Below the pieces are notes generated by a model. That model was given only the letters and a program-made list of their open reading frames with translations. It searched no databases and was not told where the DNA came from. The position numbers and the translations under genes are program-made. Shown here one piece after another: positions 37,447 through 52,700 of a stretch of 64,000 nucleotides of DNA. Position 1 is the first letter of the stretch. Each line of letters begins with the position of its first letter. Origin of the DNA: Eledone cirrhosa (Eukaryota); NCBI GenBank assembly GCA_964016885.1, contig OZ024748.1:32364001-32428000 (forward strand), written 5' to 3'.

Positions 37447-37736
37447 AGTAAGTTACTTTCGCATTGATACCCTTTTAGTACGTTGTTTGGCTAAGTTTAG
37501 CCAATCGCTATCAGAGTAAGGATATGTATCTGAACTTCCGCCAAAATGGGGAAATTCCCACTTCTTTTTAATAAATTAATTCTCTTGCAGCTTGACTTTG
37601 CTAAGGTAAACAACCATTTGCTTTTGCTCCGCTAACATCATTCCAATATATAATTATAAAACATTACATTTTCTAAGAGATACATTTACGATGAGATACA
37701 CTTATTAAAAAAAAAATGTGTATTTTCGTTATTATT

Positions 37737-40700
37737 GGTTATATATTACACAGTGCTAAAAGGAATACTATACCTCTAAACAGGATATATATTACACACT
37801 GCTAAAAGTAATACTATACCTCTAAACAGGTTATATATTACACACTGCTAAAAGTAATACTATACCTCTAAACTGGTTATATATTACATACTGCTAAAAG
37901 TAATAGTATACTTCTAAACTGGTTATATATTAGATGCTGCTAAAATAATAGTATACTTCTAAACTGGTTATATATTACACGCTGCTAAAAGTAATACTAC
38001 ACTTCTTAACTGGTTATATATTACACACTGCTAAAAGTAATACTATACTTCTAAACTGGTTATATATTACACGCTGCTAAAAGTAATACTATACTTCTAA
38101 ACTGGTTGTATTTTACATGCTGCTAAAAGTAATACTGTATTTCTAAACTTGTTATATATTACACACTGTTAAAACCAAAACTATACTTCTAAACTAGTTA
38201 TATATTACACACTGCTAAAAGAAACACTATACTTCTAAACTGGTTGTATATTACATGCTGCTAAAAGTAATACTGTACTTCTAAATTAGGTATATATTAC
38301 ACACTGCTAAAAGTAATACTATACTTCTAAACACGTTATATATTACACACTACTAAAAGTAATACTATAACTCTAAACTAGTTATATATTACATGCTGCT
38401 AAAAGTAATACTATACTTCTAAATTAGGTATATATTACACACTGCTAAAAGTAATACTATACCTCTAAACAGGTTATATATTACACACTGCTAAAAGTAA
38501 TACTATACCTCTAAACTGGTTATATATTACACATTGCTAAAAGTAATACTATACTTCTAAACTAGTTATATATTACACGCTGCTAAAAGTAATACTATAC
38601 TTCTTAACTGGTTATATATTACACACTACTAAAAGTAATACAATACTTCTAAACAGGTTATATATTACATACTGCTAAAAGTAATACTGTACTTCTAAAC
38701 TGGTTATATATTACATGCTGCTACACGTAATACTATACTTATTAACTGGTTATATATTACAAACTGCTAAAAGTAATACTATACTTCGAAACTGGTTATA
38801 TATTACACAATACTAAAAGTAATACTATACTTCTAAACAGGTTATATATTACATGCTTCTAAAAGTAATATAATACTTTTAAACTGGTTATATATTACAC
38901 ACTGTTAAAATTAATACTATACTTCTAAACTGGTTATATATTACACACTGCTAAATATAATACTATACTTCTAAACTGGTTATATATTACACACTGCTAA
39001 ATGTAATACTATACTTCTAAACTGGTTATATATTACAAACTGCTAAATGTAATACTATACTTCTAAACTGCTTATATACTACATGCTTCTAAAAGTAATA
39101 TGATACTTCTAAACTGGTTATATATTACACACTGCTAAAAGTAATACTATACTTCTAAACTGGTTATATATTACACACTGCTAAAAGTAATACTATACTT
39201 CTAAACTTGTTATATATTACACACTGCTAAATGTAATACTATACTTCTAAACTGGTTATATATAACAGACTGCTAAAAGTAATACTATACCTCTAAACTG
39301 GTGATATATTACATGCTGCTAAAAATAATACTATACTTCTAAACTGGTTATATATTACACACTGCTAAATGTAATACTATACTTCTAAACTGATTATATA
39401 TTACACACTGTTAAAATTAATACTATACTTCTAAACTGGTTATATATTACACACTGCTAAAAGTAATACTATACCTCTAAACTGGTTATATATTACACAC
39501 TGCTAAAAGTAACACTATACTTCTAAACTGGTTGTATATTACATGCTGCTAAAAGTAATACTGTACTTCTAAATTAGGTATATATTACACACTGCTAAAA
39601 GAAATACTATACTTCTAAACACGTTATATATTAAACACTACTAAAAGTAATACTATAACTCTAAACTGGTTATATATTACAAACTGCTAAAAGTAATACT
39701 ATACTTCTTAACTGGTTATATATTACACACTACTAAAAGTAATACTATACTTCTAAACTGGTTATATATTACATGCTGCTAAACGTAATACTATACTTAT
39801 TAACTGGTTATATATTACAAACTGCTAAAAGTAATACTATACTTCTAAACTGCTTATATACTACATGCTTCTAAAAGTAATATAATACTTCTAAACTGGT
39901 TATATATTACACACTGCTAAAAGTAATACTATACTTCTAAACTGGTTATATATTACACACTGCTAAAAGTAATACTATACTTCTAAACTAGTTATATATT
40001 ACACGCTGCTAAAAGTAATACTATACTTCTTAACTGGTTATATATTACACACTACTAAAAGTAATACAATACTTCTAAACTGGTTATATATTACATACTG
40101 CTAAAAGTAATACTGTACTTCTAAACTGGTTATATATTACATGCTGCTAAACGTAATACTATACTTATTAACTGGTTATATATTACAAACTGCTAAAAGT
40201 AATACTATACTTCGAAACTGGTTATATATTACACAATACTAAAAGTAATACTATACTTCTAAACTGGTTATATATTACATGCTTCTAAAAGTAATATAAT
40301 ACTTTTAAACTGGTTATATATTACACACTGTTAAAATTAATACTATACTTCTAAACTGGTTATATATTACACACTGCTAAATATAATACTATACTTCTAA
40401 ACTGGTTATATATTACACACTGCTAAATGTAATACTATACTTCTAAACTGGTTATATATTACAAACTGCTAAATGTAATACTATACTTCTAAACTGCTTA
40501 TATACTACATGCTTCTAAAAGTAATATGATACTTCTAAACTGGTTATATATTACACACTGCTAAAAGTAATACTATACTTCTAAACTGGTTATATATTAC
40601 ACACTGCTAAAAGTAATACTATACTTCTAAACTTGTTATATATTACACACTGCTAAATGTAATACTATACTTCTAAACTGGTTATATATAACAGACTGCT

Positions 40701-43700
40701 AAAAGTAATACTATACCTCTAAACTGGTTATATATTACATGCTGCTAAAAATAATACTATACTTCTAAACTGGTTATATATTACACACTGCTAAATGTAA
40801 TACTATATTTCTAAACTGATTATATATTACACACTGTTAAAATTAATACTATACTTCTAAACTGGTTATATATTACACACTGCTAAAAGTAATACTATAC
40901 CTCTAAACTGGTTATATATTACACACTGCTAAAAGTAACACTATACTTCTAAACTGGTTGTATATTACATGCTGCTAAAAGTAATACTGTACTTCTAAAT
41001 TAGGTATATATTACACACTGCTAAAAGAAATACTATACTTCTAAACACGTTATATATTAAACACTACTAAAAGTAATACTATAACTCTAAACTGGTTATA
41101 TATTACAAACTGCTAAAAGTAATACTATACTTCTTAACTGGTTATATATTACACACTACTAAAAGTAATACTATACTTCTAAACTGGTTATATATTACAT
41201 GCTGCTAAACGTAATACTATACTTATTAACTGGTTATATATTACAAACTGCTAAAAGTAATACTATACTTCTAAACTGCTTATATACTAAATGCTTCTAA
41301 AAGTAATATAATACTTCTAAACTGGTTATATATTACACACTGCTAAAAGTAATACTATACTTCTAAACTGGTTATATATTACACACTGCTAAAAGTAATA
41401 CTATACTTCTAAACTGGTTATATATTACACACTGCTAAATATAATACTATACTTCTAAACTGCTTATATACTACATGCTTCTAAAAGTAATATAATACTT
41501 CTAAACTGGTTATATATTACACACTGCTAAAAGTAATACTATACTTCTAAACTGGTTATATATTACACACTGCTAAAAGTAATACTATACTTCTAAACTG
41601 GTTATATATTACACACTGCTAAAAGTAATACTATACTTCTAAACTGGTTATATATTACACACTGCTAAATATAATACTATACTTCTAAACTGGTTATATA
41701 TTACAGACTGCTAAAAGTAATACTCTACTTCTAAACTGGTTATATATTACACACTGCTAAAAGTAATACTATACCTCTAAACTGGTTATATATTACACAC
41801 TGCTAAAAGTAATACTATACTTCTAAACTAGTTATATATTACACGCTGCTAAAAGTAATACTATACTTCTAAATTGGTTATATATTACACACTACTAAAA
41901 GTAATACTATACTTCTAAACTGGTTATATATTACACACTGCTAAAAGTAATACTATACTTCTAAACTGGTTATATATTACACATTGTTAAAAGTAATACT
42001 ATACTTCCTAACTGGTTATATATTACACACTGGTAAAAGTAATACTATACTTCTAAATTAGGTATATCTTACACACTGCTAAAAGGAATACTATACTTCT
42101 AAACAAGTTATATATTACACACTGCTAAAAGTAATACTATAACTCTAAACTGGTTATATATTACACACTGCTAAAAGTAATACTATACCTCTAAGCTGGT
42201 TATATATTACACACTGCTAAAAGTAATACTATACTTCTAAACTCGTTATATATTACATGCTGCTAAATGTAATACTATTCTTCTAAACTGGTTATATATT
42301 ACACACTGCTAAAGGTAATAATATACTTCTAAATTGGTTATATATTACACACTGTTAAAAGTAATACTATACTTCTAAACTGGTTATATATTACACACTG
42401 CTAAATGTAATACTATACTTCTAAACTGATTATATATTACACACTGTTAAAATTAATACTATACTTCTAAACTGGTTATATATTACACACTGCTAAAAGT
42501 AATACTATACCTCTAAACTGGTTATATATTACACACTTCTAAAATGAATACTATACTTCTAAACTGGTTATATATTACACGCTGCTAAAAGTAATACTAT
42601 ACTTCTTAATTGGTTATATATTACACACTACTAAAAGTAATACTATACTTCTAAACTGGTTATATATTACACACTGCTAAAAGTAATACTATACTTCTTA
42701 ATTGGTTATATATTACACACTACTAAAAGTAATACTATACTTCTAAACTGGTTATATATTACACACTGCTAAAAGTAATACTATACTTCTAAACTGGTTA
42801 TATATTACGCACTGCTAAAAGTAATATTATACTTCTAGACTGATTATATATTAGATGCCGCTAAAAGTAATACCATACTTCTAAACTGGTTATATATTAC
42901 ATGCTGCTAAAAGTGGTACTATACTCCTAAACTGCTTATATACTACATGCTTCTAAAAGTAATATAATACTTCTAAACTGGTTATATATTACACACTGCT
43001 AAAAGTAATACTATACTACTAAACTGGTTATATATTGCACACTGCTAAAAGTAATACTATACCTCTAAACTGGTTATATATTACACACTGCTAAAATGAA
43101 TACTATACTTCTAAACTGGTTATATATTACACGCTGCTAAAAGTAATACTATACTTCTTAATTGGTTATATATTACACACTACTAAAAGTAATACTATAC
43201 TTCTAAACAGGTTATATATTACGCACTGCTAAAAGTAATACTATACTTCAAAACTGGTTATATACTACATGCTTCTAAAAGTAATATAATACTTCTAAAC
43301 TGGTTATATATTACATGCTGCTAAAAATAATACTATACTTCTAAACTGGTTATATATTACACACTGCTAAATGTAATACTATACTTCTAAACTGATTATA
43401 TATTGCACACTGTTAAAATTAATACTATACTTCTAAACTGATTATTTATTACATGCCGCTAAAAGTAATACTATACTTCTAAACTGGTTATATATTGCAC
43501 ACTGGTAAAAGTAATACTATACTTCTAAATTAGGTATATATTACACACTGCTAAAAGTAATACTATATCTCTAAACTGGTTATATATTACACACTGCTAA
43601 AAGTAATTCTATACTTCTAAACTGGTTATATATTACACACTGCTAAAAGTAAAACTATACCTCTAAACTGGTTATATATTACATGCTGCTAAAAATAATA

Positions 43701-46700
43701 CTATACTTCTAAACTGGTTATATATTACACACTGCTAAATGTAATACTATACTTCTAAACTGATTATATATTACACACTGTTAAAATTAATACTATACTT
43801 CTAAACTGGTTATATATTACACACTGCTAAAAGTAATACTATACCTCTAAACTGGTTATATATTACACACTGCTAAAATGAATACTATACTTCTAAACTG
43901 GTTATATATTACACGCTGCTAAAAGTAATACTATACTTCTTAATTGGTTATATATTACACACTACTAAAAGTAATACTATACTTCTAAACTGGTTATATA
44001 TTACACACTGCTAAAAGTAATACTATACTTCTAAACTGGTTATATATTACGCACTGCTAAAAGTAATATTATACTTCTAGACTGATTATATATTAGATGC
44101 CGCTAAAAGTAATACCATACTTCTAAACTGGTTATATATTACATGCTGCTAAAAGTGGTACTATACTCCTAAACTGCTTATATACTACATGCTTCTAAAA
44201 GTAATATAATACTTCTAAACTGGTTATATATTACACACTGCTAAAAGTAATACTATACTACTAAACTGGTTATATATTGCACACTGCTAAAAGTAATACT
44301 ATACCTCTAAACTGGTTATATATTACACACTACTAAAAGTAATACTATACTTCTAAACTGGTTATATATTACACACTGCTAAAAGTAATACTTTACTACT
44401 AAACTGGTTATATATTGCACACTGCTAAAAGTAATACTATACTTCTAAACTGGTTATATATTACACACTGCTAAAAGTAATACTATACCTCTAAACTGGT
44501 TATATATTACATGCTGCTAAAAGTAATACTATACTTCTAGACTGGTTATATGTTACATACTGCTAAAGTAATACTATACTTCTAGACTGGTTATATATTA
44601 CATACTGCTAAAAGTAATACTATACTTCTAAACGGGTTATATACTACATGCTGCTAAAAGTAATACTATACTTCTAAACTGGTTATATATTACACACTGC
44701 TAAAAGTAATACTATACTTCTAAACTAGTTATATATTACACACTGCTAAATGTAATACTATACTTCTAAACTGGTTATATATTGCACACTGCTAAAAGTA
44801 ATACTATACTTCTTAATTGGTTATATATTACACACTACTAAAAGTAATACTATACTTCTAAACTGGTTATATATTACACACTGCTAAAAGTAATACTATA
44901 CTTCTAAACTGGTTATATATTACACATTGTTAAAAGTAATACTATACTTCTAAACTGGTTATATATTACACACTGGTAAAAGTAATACTATACTTCTAAA
45001 TTAGGTATATCTTACACACTGCTAAAAGTAATACTATACTTCTAAACAGGTTATATATTACACACTGCTAAAAGTAATACTATAACTCTAAACTGGTTAT
45101 ATATTACACACTGCTAAAAGTAATACTATACTTCTAAACTCGTTATATATTACATGCTGCTAAATGTAATACTATTCTTCTAAACTGGTTATATATTACA
45201 CACTGCTAAAGGTAATAATATACTTCTAAACTGGTTATATATTACACACTGCTAAAAGTAATACTATACCTCTAAACTGGTTATATATTACATGCTGCTA
45301 AAAGTAATACTATACTTCTAAACTGGTTATATATTACACACTGCTAAAAGTAATACTATACTTCTAAACTAGTTATATATTACACACTGCTAAATGTAAT
45401 ACTATACTTCTAAACTGGTTATATATTACACACTGCTAAAAGTAATACTATACTTCTTAATTGGTTATATATTACACACTACTAAAAGTAATACTATACT
45501 TCTAAACTAGTTATATATTACACACTGCTAAATGTAATACTATACTTCTAAACTGGTTATATATTACACACTGCTAAAAGTAATACTATACTTCTTAATT
45601 GGTTATATATTACACACTACTAAAAGTAATACTATACTTCTAAACTGGTTATATATTACACACTGCTAAAAGTAATACTATACTTCTAAACAGGTTATAT
45701 ATTACACACTGCTAAAAGTAATACTATAACTCTAAACTGGTTATATATTACACACTGCTAAAAGTAATACTATACTTCTAAACTGGTTATATATTACACA
45801 CTGCTAAATATAATACTATACTTCTAAACTGCTTATATACTACATGCTTCTAAAAGTAATATAATACTTCTAAACTGGTTATATATTACACACTGCTAAA
45901 AGTAATACTATACTTCTAAACTGGTTATATATTACACACTGCTAAAAGTAATACTATACTTCTAAACTGGTTATATATTACACACTGCTAAATATAATAC
46001 TATACTTCTAAACTGCTTATATACTACATGCTTCTAAAAGTAATATAATACTTCTAAACTGGTTATATATTACACACTGCTAAAAGTAATACTATACTTC
46101 TAAACTGGTTATATATTACACACTGCTAAAAGTAATACTATACTTCTAAACTGGTTATATATTACACACTGCTAAATATAATACTATACTTCTAAACTGG
46201 TTATATATTACAGACTGCTAAAAGTAATACTCTACTTCTAAACTGGTTATATATTACACACTGCTAAAAGTAATACTATACCTCTAAACTGGTTATATAT
46301 TACACACTGCTAAAAGTAATACTATACTTCTAAACTAGTTATATATTACACGCTGCTAAAAGTAATACTATACTTCTAAATTGGTTATATATTACACACT
46401 ACTAAAAGTAATACTATACTTCTAAACTGGTTATATATTACACACTGCTAAAAGTAATACTATACTTCTAAACTGGTTATATATTACACATTGTTAAAAG
46501 TAATACTATACTTCCTAACTGGTTATATATTACACACTGGTAAAAGTAATACTATACTTCTAAATTAGGTATATCTTACACACTGCTAAAAGGAATACTA
46601 TACTTCTAAACAGGTTATATATTACACACTGCTAAAAGTAATACTATAACTCTAAACTGGTTATATATTACACACTGCTAAAAGTAATACTATACCTCTA

Positions 46701-49700
46701 AACTGGTTATATATTACACACTGCTAAAAGTAATACTATACTTCTAAACTCGTTATATATTACATGCTGCTAAATGTAATACTATTCTTCTAAACTGGTT
46801 ATATATTACACACTGCTAAAGGTAATAATATACTTCTAAACTGGTTATATATTACACACTGTTAAAAGTAATACTATACTTCTAAACTGGTTATATATTA
46901 CACACTGCTAAATGTAATACTATACTTCTAAACTGATTATATATTACACACTGTTAAAATTAATACTATACTTCTAAACTGGTTATATATTACACACTGC
47001 TAAAAGTAATACTATACCTCTAAACTGGTTATATATTACACACTTCTAAAATGAATACTATACTTCTAAACTGGTTATATATTACACGCTGCTAAAAGTA
47101 ATACTATACTTCTTAATTGGTTATATATTACACACTACTAAAAGTAATACTATACTTCTAAACTGGTTATATATTACACACTGCTAAAAGTAATACTATA
47201 CTTCTAAACTGGTTATATATTACGCACTGCTAAAAGTAATATTATACTTCTAGACTGATTATATATTAGATGCCGCTAAAAGTAATACCATACTTCTAAA
47301 CTGGTTATATATTACATGCTGCTAAAAGTGGTACTATACTCCTAAACTGCTTATATACTACATGCTTCTAAAAGTAATATAATACTTCTAAACTGGTTAT
47401 ATATTACACACTGCTAAAAGTAATACTATACTACTAAACTGGTTATATATTGCACACTGCTAAAAGTAATACTATACCTCTAAACTGGTTATATATTACA
47501 CACTGCTAAAATGAATACTATACTTCTAAACTGGTTATATATTACACGCTGCTAAAAGTAATACTATACTTCTTAATTGGTTATATATTACACACTACTA
47601 AAAGTAATACTATACTTCTAAACAGGTTATATATTACGCACTGCTAAAAGTAATACTATACTTCAAAACTGGTTATATACTACATGCTTCTAAAAGTAAT
47701 ATAATACTTCTAAACTGGTTATATATTACATGCTGCTAAAAATAATACTATACTTCTAAACTGGTTATATATTACACACTGCTAAATGTAATACTATACT
47801 TCTAAACTGATTATATATTACACACTGTTAAAATTAATACTATACTTCTAAACTGATTATTTATTACATGCCGCTAAAAGTAATACTATACTTCTAAACT
47901 GGTTATATATTGCACACTGGTAAAAGTAATACTATACTTCTAAATTAGGTATATATTACACACTGCTAAAAGTAATACTATATCTCAAAACTGGTTATAT
48001 ATTACACACTGCTAAAAGTAATTCTATACTTCTAAACTGGTTATATATTACACACTGCTAAAAGTAATACTATACCTCTAAACTGGTTATATATTACATG
48101 CTGCTAAAAATAATACTATACTTCTAAACTGGTTATATATTACACACTGCTAAATGTAATACTATACTTCTAAACTGATTATATATTACACACTGTTAAA
48201 ATTAATACTATACTTCTAAACTGGTTATATATTACACACTGCTAAAAGTAATACTATACCTCTAAACTGGTTATATATTACACACTGCTAAAATGAATAC
48301 TATACTTCTAAACTGGTTATATATTACACGCTGCTAAAAGTAATACTATACTTCTTAATTGGTTATATATTACACACTACTAAAAGTAATACTATACTTC
48401 TAAACTGGTTATATATTACACACTGCTAAAAGTAATACTATACTTCTAAACTGGTTATATATTACGCACTGCTAAAAGTAATATTATACTTCTAGACTGA
48501 TTATATATTAGATGCCGCTAAAAGTAATACCATACTTCTAAACTGGTTATATATTACATGGTGCTAAAAGTGGTACTATACTCCTAAACTGCTTATATAC
48601 TACATGCTTCTAAAAGTAATATAATACTTCTAAACTGGTTATATATTACACACTGCTAAAAGTAATACTATACTACTAAACTGGTTATATATTGCACACT
48701 GCTAAAAGTAATACTATACCTCTAAACTGGTTATATATTACACACTACTAAAAGTAATACTATACTTCTAAACTGGTTATATATTACACACTGCTAAAAG
48801 TAATACTTTACTACTAAACTGGTTATATATTGCACACTGCTAAAAGTAATACTATACTTCTAAACTGGTTATATATTACACACTGCTAAAAGTAATACTA
48901 TACCTCTAAACTGGTTATATATTACATGCTGCTAAAAGTAATACTATACTTCTAGACTGGTTATATGTTACATACTGCTAAAGTAATACTATACTTCTAG
49001 ACCGGTTATATATTACATACTGCTAAAAGTAATACTATACTTCTAAACGGGTTATATACTACATGCTGCTAAAAGTAATACTATACTTCTAAACTGGTTA
49101 TATATTACACACTGCTAAAAGTAATACTATACTTCTAAACTAGTTATATATTACACACTGCTAAATGTAATACTATACTTCTAAACTGGTTATATATTGC
49201 ACACTGCTAAAAGTAATACTATACTTCTTAATTGGTTATATATTACACACTACTAAAAGTAATACTATACTTCTAAACTGGTTATATATTACACACTGCT
49301 AAAAGTAATACTATACTTCTAAACTGGTTATATATTACACATTGTTAAAAGTAATACTATACTTCTAAACTGGTTATATATTACACACTGGTAAAAGTAA
49401 TACTATACTTCTAAATTAGGTATATCTTACACACTGCTAAAAGTAATACTATACTTCTAAACAGGTTATATATTACACACTGCTAAAAGTAATACTATAA
49501 CTCTAAACTGGTTATATATTACACACTGCTAAAAGTAATACTATACTTCTAAACTCGTTATATATTACATGCTGCTAAATGTAATACTATTCTTCTAAAC
49601 TGGTTATATATTACACACTGCTAAAGGTAATAATATACTTCTAAACTGGTTATATATTACACACTGCTAAAAGTAATACTATACCTCTAAACTGGTTATA

Positions 49701-52700
49701 TATTACATGCTGCTAAAAGTAATACTATACTTCTAAACTGGTTATATATTACACACTGCTAAAAGTAATACTATACTTCTAAACTAGTTATATATTACAC
49801 ACTGCTAAATGTAATACTATACTTCTAAACTGGTTATATATTACACACTGCTAAAAGTAATACTATACTTCTTAATTGGTTATATATTACACACTACTAA
49901 AAGTAATACTATACTTCTAAACTGGTTATATATTACACACTGCTAAAAGTAATACTATACTTCTAAACAGGTTATATATTACACACTGCTAAAAGTAATA
50001 CTATAACTCTAAACTGGTTATATATTACACACTGCTAAAAGTAATACTATACCTCTAAACTGGTTATATATTACACACTGCTAAAAGTAATACTATACTT
50101 CTAAACTCGTTATATATTACATGCTGCTAAATGTAATACTATTCTTCTAAACTGGTTATATATTACACACTGCTAAAGGTAATAATATACTTCTAAACTG
50201 GTTATATATTACACACTGTTAAAAGTAATACTATACTTCTAAACTGGTTATATATTACGCACTGCTAAAAGTAATACTATACTTCTAAACTGGTTATATA
50301 CTACATGCTGCTAAAAGTAATACTATACTTCTAAACTGGTTATATACTACATGCTGCTAAAAGTAATACTATACTTCTAAACAGGTTATATATTACGCAC
50401 TGCTAAAAGTAATACTATACTTCAAAACTGGTTATATACTACATGCTTCTAAAAGTAATATAATACTTCTAAACTGGTTATATATTACATGCTTCTAAAA
50501 ATAATACTATACTTCTAAACTGGTTATATATTACACACTGCTAAATGTAATACTATACTTCTAAACTGATTATATATTACACACTGTTAAAATTAATACT
50601 ATACTTCTAAACTGGATATATATTACGCACTGCTAAAATTAATACTATACTTCTAAACTGATTATTTATTACATGCCGCTAAAAGTAATACTATACTTCT
50701 AAACTGGTTATATATTGCACACTGGTAAAAGTAATACTATACTTCTAAATTAGGTATATATTACACACTGCTAAAAGTAATACTATATCTCTAAACTGGT
50801 TATATATTACACACTGCTAAAAGTAATTCTATACTTCTAAACTGGTTATATATTACACACTGCTAAAAGTAATACTATACCTCTAAACTGGTTATATATT
50901 ACATGCTGCTAAAAATAATACTATACTTCTAAACTGGTTATATATTACACACTGCTAAATGTAATACTATACTTCTAAACTGATTATATATTACACACTG
51001 TTAAAATTAATACTATACTTCTAAACTGGTTATATATTACACACTGCTAAAAGTAATACTATACCTCTAAACTGGTTATATATTACACACTGCTAAAATG
51101 AATACTATACTTCTAAACTGGTTATATATTACACGCTGCTAAAAGTAATACTATACTTCTTAATTGGTTATATATTACACACTACTAAAAGTAATACTAT
51201 ACTTCTAAACTGGTTATATATTACACACTGCTAAAAGTAATACTATACTTCTAAACTGGTTATATATTACGCACTGCTAAAAGTAATATTATACTTCTAG
51301 ACTGATTATATATTAGATGCCGCTAAAAGTAATACCATACTTCTAAACTGGTTATATATTACATGCTGCTAAAAGTGGTACTATACTCCTAAACTGCTTA
51401 TATACTACATGCTTCTAAAAGTAATATAATACTTCTAAACTGGTTATATATTACACACTGCTAAAAGTAATACTATACTACTAAACTGGTTATATATTGC
51501 ACACTGCTAAAAGTAATACTATACCTCTAAACTGGTTATATATTACACACTACTAAAAGTAATACTATACTTCTAAACTGGTTATATATTACACACTGCT
51601 AAAAGTAATACTTTACTACTAAACTGGTTATATATTGCACACTGCTAAAAGTAATACTATACTTCTAAACTGGTTATATATTACACACTGCTAAAAGTAA
51701 TACTATACCTCTAAACTGGTTATATATTACATGCTGCTAAAAGTAATACTATACTTCTAGACTGGTTATATGTTACATACTGCTAAAGTAATACTATACT
51801 TCTAGACTGGTTATATATTACATACTGCTAAAAGTAATACTATACTTCTAAACGGGTTATATACTACATGCTGCTAAAAGTAATACTATACTTCTAAACA
51901 GGTTATATATTACACACTGCTAAAAGTAATACTATACTTCTAAACTAGTTATATATTACACACTGCTAAATGTAATACTATACTTCTAAACTGGTTATAT
52001 ATTACACACTGCTAAAAGTAATACTATACTTCTTAATTGGTTATATATTACACACTACTAAAAGTAATACTATACTTCTAAACTGGTTATATATTACACA
52101 CTGCTAAAAGTAATACTATACTTCTAAACTGGTTATATATTACACATTGTTAAAAGTAATACTATACTTCTAAACTGGTTATATATTACACACTGGTAAA
52201 AGTAATACTATACTTCTAAATTAGGTATATCTTACACACTGCTAAAAGTAATACTATACTTCTAAACAGGTTATATATTACACACTGCTAAAAGTAATAC
52301 TATAACTCTAAACTGGTTATATATTACAAACTGCTAAAAGTAATACTATACTTCTAAACTCGTTATATATTACATGCTGCTAAATGTAATACTATTCTTC
52401 TAAACTGGTTATATATTACACACTGCTAAAGGTAATAATATACTTCTAAACTGGTTATATATTACACACTGCTAAAAGTAATACTATACCTCTAAACTGG
52501 TTATATATTACATGCTGCTAAAAGTAATACTATACTTCTAAACTGGTTATATATTACACACTGCTAAAAGTAATACTATACTTCTTAATTGGTTATATAT
52601 TACACACTACTAAAAGTAATACTATACTTCTAAACTAGTTATATATTACACACTGCTAAATGTAATACTATACTTCTAAACTGGTTATATATTACACACT

